Assembly (NCBI GenBank): GCA_043806035.1
Contig: JAZDHK010000025.1
Coordinates: forward strand, 1 to 24,062
DNA length: 24,062 nucleotides
Reading direction: 5' to 3'
From: an archaeon
GTDB taxonomy: Archaea > Nanobdellota > Nanobdellia > Woesearchaeales > UBA9642
Below are positions 7,549-15,791 of the stretch, in pieces. A program made the translations under genes and the position numbers. The notes under the pieces are model-generated. The model was not told where the DNA came from, made no database searches, and saw only the letters and a list, made by a program, of their open reading frames with translations. Numbering within the stretch: the first letter of the stretch is position 1; the number at the start of each line of letters is the position of its first letter.

Positions 7549-7728
7549 GATGTGCGGGCTGCATGTTAGCACTACTCACGTCGAATACCGTCTAGAGATG
7601 CTCTGGAAACAGCAGGGCTAACTGCTCAAATCAGTATTCATTCTTTAGTAGTATTGTATGAAAAGCTTTAAAAAAGAGGGAACATTCTTGCAATCGTTCA
7701 AGGCGCTTTCCTGAACTCGGGGTGGTAC

Positions 7729-9390
7729 ATGACTGATGCAATTCTGACAACGCTTGCATGTGTGGCCGATCGCATACTGCACACGGCAATTCCCGACTTC
7801 ACTATCTGCGGTACCACCTTGTCTGGCATCAAGCCATTATTCGTCAGCATACTGCACAGGGAGAACGTGCAATACGCTGCCATGGTTCTGAACGGTCATC
7901 TTGTCAGTCCTGCGGGAGAGATGAAGCAGGATGCGCGAGCGTCCCTGGTGAGATGCTATGGCGGCGAGCTAGACTTCCTTGGCCAATCCGTCGCACTCCT
8001 CAACTCGCTGCCTGCAACGAGCAAAGGCATGGAAAAAATCATGCTCGGACCGAACGTGAGTAGTGCCATCTATGGCAGCATCCAGAGCCATTTGCTCAAC
8101 AAGCAATCCGCGTTCGGCTTTGCTGACGACCACCTCAACATATTGCGCCTTTCCAAGGAACAGGCTGCCGTCCATGAATTCCCTGCTCGCTTCGTCAAAC
8201 CTGACGTCAAGACATGGGTGGCACAGGCAGAAGAACTCACAGAAAAACTCTCCGCACAACCCGGTGTCATCCAGGCAAAGATGAGCTATCAGGCATTCCA
8301 TGGAAAACAACGCATAGTCACGAGTGAAGGGACGAGGCTGCTGCTTCCTCGAGAGATAGGCGTGAGTTCCTTGGAATTAAGTGTTCTTACGGAAAAGAGC
8401 GAACGATACACCATAGGTTTGCCCATCTACAGGAACAAGGCGCAGCGTGTTGTCGAAGATTTTTCCTTGTATGGCGATCCTGCATTCTTGCAGAAGAAGC
8501 TTGACGTTGCTTCTTTGGAGGAGCTTATAGTATATATGCGCAAGGCGGTGCATGCACCGTCGGGGCAGCGCGATGTCGTCCTCGACCCGCACGCATTCGG
8601 TGTGCTTCTGCATGAAGGCATCCTTGCCCACCTGGTCTCGCTGTCGTATTTGCTGCAAGGCTACAACAATACCTTCCAACCGAAACGGATAGGAGAACGC
8701 ATCCTGCCTGAATGTCTAACGGTCATCGACGATCCTCTCGTCAGCAAGAACCTTCTCGGGGAGGAAGGATTGGGAAGCTACCCGTATGATGACGAGGGAG
8801 TCCTTCCCCAACGGGTCACGATCGTGGAAAAGGGCCTCTTCAAAGGAGGCTACCTCTCCGATAGGGAGAGTGCTGGGCTCGCTCCAAAGATGTATCCTGA
8901 GTTGGCCATCACGGGAAGCAACGGCCATGCGCGTATAGGCGCACTGACGATTGATGAGGAGGGCAAGCCGATAACTCCCGAACCGCGCATCAGCAATCTC
9001 ATCGCCATTCCCGAAACGTATGGTGTGGAGTGCGTGCAGGATCTCGTCGAGAACTTGAAGGCAAAGAATGGCCTGTACGTCATGGGCGGCGGTGGCATGG
9101 TGGATGTGGAGACGGGCAATTTCATCATGGATCCTAATGTGGTGTGGGAGTATACGAAAAAAGGAAAGACGTTGCTGAATGGTGCATTCCTTCCGTTGAA
9201 TGCGCTCGCCACCGAATACATTAAGACAGTTTCTAAGGAAACTGCGGTGAACAGCGGGCTCTGCGGGGCAGTCTCGGGATTCGTTCCCACGACAGAAACC
9301 ACGCCAGGAGCATACTTAGCAAGGGTGGCCGTGCAGCTGCAAACGCCGGAGCCCGTCCAGAAAAACTTGTTCAAGGAGGCAGGAACATGA
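7729..9390 (+). CDS. tldD: TldD/PmbA family metalloprotease (TldD-like)
   Basis: LLHEGILAH, TVIDDP, GSYPYDDEGV, SNGHAR, PRISN and a C-terminal CG..SG.VP. Confidence 0.85.
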   Translation: MTDAILTTLACVADRILHTAIPDFTICGTTLSGIKPLFVSILHRENVQYAAMVLNGHLVSPAGEMKQDARASLVRCYGGELDFLGQSVALLNSLPATSKGMEKIMLGPNVSSAIYGSIQSHLLNKQSAFGFADDHLNILRLSKEQAAVHEFPARFVKPDVKTWVAQAEELTEKLSAQPGVIQAKMSYQAFHGKQRIVTSEGTRLLLPREIGVSSLELSVLTEKSERYTIGLPIYRNKAQRVVEDFSLYGDPAFLQKKLDVASLEELIVYMRKAVHAPSGQRDVVLDPHAFGVLLHEGILAHLVSLSYLLQGYNNTFQPKRIGERILPECLTVIDDPLVSKNLLGEEGLGSYPYDDEGVLPQRVTIVEKGLFKGGYLSDRESAGLAPKMYPELAITGSNGHARIGALTIDEEGKPITPEPRISNLIAIPETYGVECVQDLVENLKAKNGLYVMGGGGMVDVETGNFIMDPNVVWEYTKKGKTLLNGAFLPLNALATEYIKTVSKETAVNSGLCGAVSGFVPTTETTPGAYLARVAVQLQTPEPVQKNLFKEAGT

Positions 9391-9827
9391 ACCACAAGCT
9401 GTTGTTAGGATGCATCATCGCAGGCACTATTGCAGGCACTATGCTGTACGGCTGTAAGAAGAAGATCGAGTACGAGTTGCCGCAGGTGAACTCTTTTGCG
9501 CACATTCCCATGGGCATAGCGACAGGCATGGCCGTGACGAGCGGTGATTATGACGATGATGGGGATGTTGATGTCGTGTGTGCAGCCAAACTCCCTAATC
9601 TTCGTGAGGGTGCAGTGTATCTGTTGTGCAATGACGCTGGGAAACTCTCAGAGCCGAAACGGTTCGCCACCATTCCTATGGGCATTGAGTCAGGACTCAG
9701 CCTTGCTTCTGTTGATGTTGATGATGATGACTATCTTGACATCATCGTCGCAGCAAAGATGCCCGAAGTGCTTGAAGGCAGGCTCTACCTGTTCACGAAT
9801 GACGGGAAGGGAAATTTCTCGCAATAG
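9387..9827 (+). CDS. Putative lipoprotein with two FG-GAP/VCBS-like Ca-binding repeats
   Basis: Hydrophobic leader ending LYGC, with GDYDDDGDVDVV and VDVDDDDYLDII in two repeats 56 aa apart, ending NDGKGNF. ATGA overlap with tldD. Confidence 0.75.
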   Translation: MNHKLLLGCIIAGTIAGTMLYGCKKKIEYELPQVNSFAHIPMGIATGMAVTSGDYDDDGDVDVVCAAKLPNLREGAVYLLCNDAGKLSEPKRFATIPMGIESGLSLASVDVDDDDYLDIIVAAKMPEVLEGRLYLFTNDGKGNFSQ

Positions 9828-9863
9828 CAAAACTTTATTAATTTCCTTTTTCTCTTCTTCTTC

Positions 9864-10184
9864 ATGTCCTGGTACAAGTTCTGGAAGCGCAGCGGGCCTG
9901 CAGGCATTCTCGATGAGGACTACAAATGGATTGCGGACAATGACCACCTTACCGAGGAATCTATCAAGTATGCGTGCGAGTATTGGTCGGAGCATGTCGG
10001 TGGAGGCTTCAACACGCACTACCGCTATGGTTTCGAGAAAGTCGACGTCCCCCCAAAAGAAGTGCTGGAGAAGAAAATTGAGTCCCTGCTGAAGTATAGT
10101 GAACCCTCAGAGGGCAGGCAAAAACGCATTGATTTCCTGGTGAGATTCTTGCAGACGTACTTGCAGGAAGACCTTTTTATTTGA
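9864..10184 (+). CDS. Hypothetical protein
   Basis: 106-aa ORF with a TATA-like AAACTTTATTAA upstream. No family recognised. Confidence 0.65.
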   Translation: MSWYKFWKRSGPAGILDEDYKWIADNDHLTEESIKYACEYWSEHVGGGFNTHYRYGFEKVDVPPKEVLEKKIESLLKYSEPSEGRQKRIDFLVRFLQTYLQEDLFI

Positions 10185-10192
10185 GTGCTACG

Positions 10193-10537
10193 ATGCATGA
10201 CATGAACAATTTCCACGGATTTTTCCCTTCAGGATATTTGCGGAAGGGCATCTTTGCACATCAGCCAGAAGTTCAGAAGATTATTACCGAGATAGATGCG
10301 CTCATCGGAGCAACGCAATTCGACCTCGAAACGTATCAGCGCATTTGCGAGCGACAACAGCAGGCATCTAGCAAGATAAGCAAATTGTGGGATGATGCTC
10401 TGAAGAAAGGAAAAGGCATTCTTAATCCCTACATTGAAGAGATGGACGCTGCACAAAAAGAACAAGATGCCATGATTGCCCCTTTTTTCAAAAAGCTTCT
10501 TGAGATGGGGTACTCGGAAAAAGAGTTGCGGCAGTGA
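10193..10537 (+). CDS. Hypothetical helical protein
   Basis: The ORF directly follows the previous one. Start uncertain (TTG 10181, ATG 10193 or ATG 10202). Confidence 0.6.
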   Translation: MHDMNNFHGFFPSGYLRKGIFAHQPEVQKIITEIDALIGATQFDLETYQRICERQQQASSKISKLWDDALKKGKGILNPYIEEMDAAQKEQDAMIAPFFKKLLEMGYSEKELRQ

Positions 10538-10544
10538 GTGCAGT

Positions 10545-10853
10545 CTATTGTCGTGTTCGTTGCATCAACTCATGGATGTGTATTGCAGTATCCATGTTTC
10601 CCGCTTCTGCAAGCGCATGAATCAGAGGATATTCTGGTCGGGCATATGAAGCGCGTGCCTTCGTATTGTTGATTCGTTTGCACTCTTCCATGTCCTCTCC
10701 CTGATAGTGTATTGTTGGGTAGACTTCTTTGAGTGGATCATCCGTGCCATCCTTCATGTTACCAGCATACCGTGCATTGAATGCTTCTTGGGAAGGATAT
10801 GAACTCCACGTGATTTGTCCTATTCTGTTTTCCAAAGAAACGTACCATGCCAT
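10545..10853 (-). CDS. Hypothetical protein
   Basis: ORF with GAGG SD before the ATG at 10853 and an AT-rich promoter region upstream. Confidence 0.6.
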   Translation of the reverse strand: MAWYVSLENRIGQITWSSYPSQEAFNARYAGNMKDGTDDPLKEVYPTIHYQGEDMEECKRINNTKARASYARPEYPLIHALAEAGNMDTAIHIHELMQRTRQ

Positions 10854-11000
10854 GATATCCAACCTCTAATAATTATGTGTTTAAGAATGCTCATTTCTTT
10901 ATAAATTTTTTCATCATTAATCACTGATTAGTGATTATGAATTATCGTTTGTGCCGTAATCTATTTAAGCTGTTCCCTATTTCGCTCAGCAGGTGAAACC

Positions 11001-11777
11001 ATGACACTGATGAAGATTGACGAACTAACGCCTGAGCACATTGCGAGCATCTGCGACCACACCTTTCTGTACAGGTCGGAATCGTACAAGAAAACTGTGG
11101 TAAAGGGAGAGAGCCCCGTGCGGTTGCGCCAGGCAGCATTCGAGGCATTCCTTAAGAAAACGGCAGCGGGAAAATTGCAGCCATATGCCATCTGCGTCAG
11201 GCCTGAAGACGTCAAGGCAACCATTGCCTTTCTCAAAGAAGCAAAAAAAGAGCAGATTCGTGTCGCTTCCGTCGTCGGCTTTCCTGATGGCAGCAACTAC
11301 ACCACAGACTTCAAAGTTGCAGAGACCATCCTTGCAATAACGCATGGTGCGAAAGAGATCGACATGGTGCTCGACTATGATAGACTCATGGCAGGGCGTT
11401 TTGCAGACGTCAGTGCGGATATCAAAAAGGTGGTTGCTGCAGCGCATGAACGCAAAGCAATCGTGAAAGTCATTCTGGAAACCTCCGAGCTGGACAAGGA
11501 ACACGTGCAGAAGGCATGCCAGCTGTGCACTGAAGCGCATGCCGACTTTGTCAAGACCTCGACGGGATTCAGCGCAAGTGGTGCGAATGCAGAAAACCTC
11601 ACAATCATGCGACAGCACTTTCCTGGCGGAGTGAAGATGTCCAGTGGAGTAAATAAAGAGAACGTCAACGAACTCCTGCACGCCATTTCAGGCAGGCCTG
11701 ATGGCTATATAGAACTCGACCCTACAAAGATACGCATCGGAGAGAGCTCGCTCCTCAGCAAGATCTCAGACTACTGA
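11001..11777 (+). CDS. deoC: Deoxyribose-phosphate aldolase (divergent)
   Basis: DHTFL, SVVGFPDG, GAKEIDMV, VKVILET, ADFVKTSTGF (Schiff-base Lys), GVKMSSG and RIGESS. SD AGGTGA upstream. Confidence 0.9.
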   Translation: MTLMKIDELTPEHIASICDHTFLYRSESYKKTVVKGESPVRLRQAAFEAFLKKTAAGKLQPYAICVRPEDVKATIAFLKEAKKEQIRVASVVGFPDGSNYTTDFKVAETILAITHGAKEIDMVLDYDRLMAGRFADVSADIKKVVAAAHERKAIVKVILETSELDKEHVQKACQLCTEAHADFVKTSTGFSASGANAENLTIMRQHFPGGVKMSSGVNKENVNELLHAISGRPDGYIELDPTKIRIGESSLLSKISDY

Positions 11778-11786
11778 TGTGTTGCG

Positions 11787-12662
11787 ATGAACTCATTGCT
11801 TCCTGCCCAGCGCATGCTGCTCGGCATAGCCATAGGAGACGCGTTCGGTGCAGGCTACGAGTTTGCCAAGCAGACTATTGACTTTACAAAATACACGCCA
11901 CATCCAAAATTCAACCAGAAACCAGGCATGTACACGGATGATACGCAAATGTCCATCGCTGTCGCCGAACTCCTCCTCAACGAAGAGCAGCCGACGAAAG
12001 AGCATTTCGCAAAATATTTCTTCACCTGCTTCAAACGCAACCCTATCAAAGGATACTCGAAAGGATTCCAGAAAATTCTTGAAGAAGCGAACTCTCCAGA
12101 GGCAATGCTGAAAGCGATCATGCCAAAATCTGAGCGGAACGGCGCTGCCATGCGATCCGTCCCTCTTGGCCTGATGGATTTTTCACTCCTCATCCCTTAT
12201 GCGACGGCGAACGCTTCCGTCACGCACAACACACCAAAAGGTATAGCGTCTTCCACGATTATTGCACTGCTTGCTCATTACCAGTATCATGAAGAACAAA
12301 TTCCCCGTCCAGACGATATCATACCGTATATCAAGGATAGGGCGACGAGAAAATTTCTTAAGGAGAGCTGGGACAAGCCAGACATGCACAAAGACGTCCC
12401 TGCCGATGGCATGCGAACTGCTGGAGCAGTCTATCATCTCCTCAGGACGTACCGTAACCCCATGGACGTGCTCAAAGCTGCGGTCTATCTTGGTGGGGAT
12501 GTGGACACGGTCGCCAGCATCAGCCTGGGAATAAGCCTCATGCACAAGCCCATTCCCGACGACCTCTACAAGGGGCTCATCAACCACACCTATGGCAGAG
12601 ACTATCTTGTCGAGCTGGGAAAGAAGCTAGGAGCGAAGTATCCATCAGCCCATGGTCGCTAA
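11787..12662 (+). CDS. ADP-ribosylglycohydrolase (DraG/ARH family)
   Basis: GIAIGDAFG, YTDDTQM, NGAAMRSVP, VTH and GGDVDTVASI. Confidence 0.93.
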   Translation: MNSLLPAQRMLLGIAIGDAFGAGYEFAKQTIDFTKYTPHPKFNQKPGMYTDDTQMSIAVAELLLNEEQPTKEHFAKYFFTCFKRNPIKGYSKGFQKILEEANSPEAMLKAIMPKSERNGAAMRSVPLGLMDFSLLIPYATANASVTHNTPKGIASSTIIALLAHYQYHEEQIPRPDDIIPYIKDRATRKFLKESWDKPDMHKDVPADGMRTAGAVYHLLRTYRNPMDVLKAAVYLGGDVDTVASISLGISLMHKPIPDDLYKGLINHTYGRDYLVELGKKLGAKYPSAHGR

Positions 12663-12704
12663 TTCTCGCAAAACATTTAAACCAACAGACGTCATTCAAT
12701 ATGT

Positions 12705-14399
12705 ATGATGAACAAAGACCAATTGGCAGAGAGTATCAGGAAGTACGCATTGCAGAACGCAATACGCTTCAAAGGAAAGGCGAATCCTGGAGCTGTCCTT
12801 CCGAAAGTCCTCGGCGAAGACCCTTCATTAAAAGATAAGATCAAGGAGATCATGCCCGTCATCAACAAGATTGTCGCTGCAGTCAATGCGTTGTCGGTCG
12901 ATGCGCAACTGGCAGCGCTGCAGGAATCAGCACCAGAGCTTCTGGAAAAGAAAACAGAGGAGCGGAACATCTTTGCCGTGCTCAACATCAAAGAAGGACA
13001 GCAGATAAAGACAGCATTCCCTCCAGGGCCTGAAAAGTATCCGCACATCGGCCACGCCAAGGCGTGCCTGCTCAACTACCTACTCGCGAAAAAATACGAT
13101 GGAAAATTCGTATTGCGGTTCGAGGACACGAACCCGACACTTGTCAAGGCGATATTTTATGACGTGCTGCTCGACAACCTGTCTTGGCTTGGCGTGCAGT
13201 GGGACGAATTGCATTACGCGTCCGACCATATGAAACTCTTTTATCAGTTCGCAGAAAAAATAATCAAGGAAGGCAAGGCGTACATGTGCTTCTGCAATGA
13301 AGATGCCATCAAGAAATCACGAGCGGAAGGTACGGCCTGCGCTTGTAGAGACAACTCTGTAGAGGAGAACGAACGCATCTGGAAGGAATTCCCTGCCTAC
13401 GAGGAAGGCAAGGCAATTCTTCGGCTCAAGATAGATCTGCAGCACCAGAACACGACCATGCGCGACCCCACTATTTTCAGGATCATCAGGACTCCGCATG
13501 CCCGGCACGGGACAAAATATACGGTCTGGCCGAACTACGACTTCCAGAACGCCATCATGGACGGCTATTTCGGCATAACGCATCGGGTCAGAAGCAAGGA
13601 ATTTGAGCTACGAAGTGAATTGCAGCGCTACATCCAGGACATGCTCGGCCTTTCGCGGACGACGACATATGAGTTTGCACGATTCAACCTGGAAGGCGTC
13701 GAAAGCTCAGGAAGAATAATACGAGAAAAGGTCAAGAGCGGGGAGTTCGTCGGCTGGGACGATCCGCGGCTGACGACCATCGTGGCATTGCGCAGGAGAG
13801 GCTTCCTTCCTGAAGCAATCAAGAGTTTCGTCATCGCTACCGGCATGACCAAGAGTGAGAGTACCTTGACCTGGGATGATTTTATCGTGCACAACAAACG
13901 CATTCTCGACAAAACTGCGAAGAGGTTCTTCTTCATCCACCTTCCCGAAGCGATAACCGTCACGGACGCACCCGCGCAACAGGTCACGTTGCGCATGCAC
14001 CCAACAGAGGAATTGGGAGAGCGGCAGTTTGTGACGGGAGAGCGATTCTTCATTGCCAAGAGCGACGCCCTCGAGCTCAAGCAAGGAGCGTTGTATCGGC
14101 TGATGGACTGTCTCAATTTCAGAAAAGAAGATGATGGATTTGTCTTTGACAGCCTTGAGTACGAGCGGTTCAAGAAGCAGGGCAAGCGGATCATGCACTG
14201 GCTTCCCGAGCACGGAAATGTAGATGTCGAGATACGCATGCACGACCAGTCCATGTTGAAAGGCATAGCAGAGCACACGATTTCCCAACTCAAGGTGGGC
14301 GATGTCATCCAATTTGAAAGATTCGCCTTCTGCAGGCTCGACGCCATAGAAGAGAAGGACGGAAAGAAACTCTACAAGTTCTGGTACACGCATAATTAG
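12705..14399 (+). CDS. gltX: Glutamyl-tRNA synthetase, archaeal type
   Basis: ALQNA..F.GKA N-terminus, HIGH, LRFEDTNP, CxC...CxCR, WPNYDF, GWDDPRL and QFERF. Confidence 0.96.
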   Translation: MMNKDQLAESIRKYALQNAIRFKGKANPGAVLPKVLGEDPSLKDKIKEIMPVINKIVAAVNALSVDAQLAALQESAPELLEKKTEERNIFAVLNIKEGQQIKTAFPPGPEKYPHIGHAKACLLNYLLAKKYDGKFVLRFEDTNPTLVKAIFYDVLLDNLSWLGVQWDELHYASDHMKLFYQFAEKIIKEGKAYMCFCNEDAIKKSRAEGTACACRDNSVEENERIWKEFPAYEEGKAILRLKIDLQHQNTTMRDPTIFRIIRTPHARHGTKYTVWPNYDFQNAIMDGYFGITHRVRSKEFELRSELQRYIQDMLGLSRTTTYEFARFNLEGVESSGRIIREKVKSGEFVGWDDPRLTTIVALRRRGFLPEAIKSFVIATGMTKSESTLTWDDFIVHNKRILDKTAKRFFFIHLPEAITVTDAPAQQVTLRMHPTEELGERQFVTGERFFIAKSDALELKQGALYRLMDCLNFRKEDDGFVFDSLEYERFKKQGKRIMHWLPEHGNVDVEIRMHDQSMLKGIAEHTISQLKVGDVIQFERFAFCRLDAIEEKDGKKLYKFWYTHN

Positions 14400-14442
14400 C
14401 ACTGCCATTAACTTTATAAACCTCTTTTTCTGATACGCTTAT

Positions 14443-15111
14443 GTGAAGCAGTTCAGCAAGAAGATACTCGCGCTTAAGTCATTCGAGTACGTCATTCTCT
14501 CGTTCATCATCCTGCAGGCTGTAGCACTCATCATCGAGACATTACCTGTTATTCCCGAATGGATGCAGGCAGTCATTCCGTATGTGCACTGGGTAGTCAT
14601 CATCGCATTCACTCTTGAGGCATTGCTCAAGATCGTCGTCCTCTCACCAAAGACATATCTTAAACAGGCATGGAACGTCTTTGATGCGTTCATCGTCATC
14701 ATCAGCTACCTGCCGTTCGGCATCATCATACCCCTAGCAAAGGCATTGCGAGTAGTCAGGGTCGTTGGCATGGTGCACGAGCTGAAATCACTTGTTGAAC
14801 ATTTCCTTTCTGCGTACAGGCATGTGCTGGAAGTCCTGTTGCTCTTGCTCATCCTGCTCTTCGGGTATGCGCTGCTTGGCTTTCATTATTTTGCAGGTAT
14901 AGACCCTGACCATTGGAATACCCTCGGTTTGTCCTTCCTGAGCTTGCTGCAGGTCATGACGCTGGACAATTGGGGGGGTATTATGCAGGTAGCCATGACA
15001 GGCGCTCCATACGCGTGGATTTTTTTTGTGAGCTTCATCTTCTGTGTTGCCATCTTGTTCATCGTGTTGGTAGTTGCTCTCGTGAAAAGCGTTGAGAAGC
15101 TGAGAACATGA
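14443..15111 (+). CDS. 6-TM voltage-gated cation channel (BacNav-like, Ion_trans)
   Basis: FTLE in S2, WNVFD in S3, KALRVVR in S4, pore LQVMTLDNWGGIM, and AWIFFVSFI in S6. GTG start. Confidence 0.88.
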   Translation: MKQFSKKILALKSFEYVILSFIILQAVALIIETLPVIPEWMQAVIPYVHWVVIIAFTLEALLKIVVLSPKTYLKQAWNVFDAFIVIISYLPFGIIIPLAKALRVVRVVGMVHELKSLVEHFLSAYRHVLEVLLLLLILLFGYALLGFHYFAGIDPDHWNTLGLSFLSLLQVMTLDNWGGIMQVAMTGAPYAWIFFVSFIFCVAILFIVLVVALVKSVEKLRT

Positions 15112-15791
15112 AACTCATCATCTGGGATCTCGACGGCGTCATCGCAAACAGCCTGAAAACCAGCATGGACAACTTTCGACAGGCAATAGCTCCGTATGTA
15201 AAAAAACTGCCTCCGTACAAAGAAATTTTTGACAAGTACCTTAGCTCCCACGAGGAACTCACCGTACTGCAGATGCTCAAGAAGTACAAAGTCCCTGAAG
15301 AATTTCACGACCACATAAAGCAAAAATTCCTGCATGACAAGACAAGGAGCCTGCACACCACAACCTTTTTTTCCGGCATTCCAGAACTCATTGTGAAATT
15401 GCACAAGCGCCACATAAAACAGCTGCTCATAACAGGACGAGATAAGAAATCAGCGCACGTCATCCTCACCAACCAGCACAGCATCATTGAGGGAAGATTT
15501 CTCATTCACTATTTTGACGCAATCCACACGGGTGACGATTCCATGAAGAAGCTGGAGGCGTTCAGGAGCGCCATGCGCCACTTCGGGGCAAAAGCGAAGG
15601 ACTGCATTGTCCTTGGTGATGAGCCGCACGACATCGAATGCGCGAACAGGCTCAAGATGTACGCGTGTGCATGCCTGTGGGGGGCATTTGACAATTCTTG
15701 CCTAAAGAAGAAACCGAAAAAAAGATGCAAGACAGTACGTGACCTTGCGTTATTTCTTCGTACTCTTGAGCGCCGCTTGCGCAGCAGCTAA
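15108..15791 (+). CDS. HAD-superfamily hydrolase (phosphoglycolate phosphatase-like)
   Basis: WDLDGV motif I, LITGR motif II, K motif III and GDEPHD motif IV. Confidence 0.9.
   Translation: MKLIIWDLDGVIANSLKTSMDNFRQAIAPYVKKLPPYKEIFDKYLSSHEELTVLQMLKKYKVPEEFHDHIKQKFLHDKTRSLHTTTFFSGIPELIVKLHKRHIKQLLITGRDKKSAHVILTNQHSIIEGRFLIHYFDAIHTGDDSMKKLEAFRSAMRHFGAKAKDCIVLGDEPHDIECANRLKMYACACLWGAFDNSCLKKKPKKRCKTVRDLALFLRTLERRLRSS

Noticed and set aside
7565-7622. GTTAGC...GCTAAC inverted pair in the spacer before tldD
   Set aside because: Only 6 bp, in the wrong order for attC, and expected by chance.
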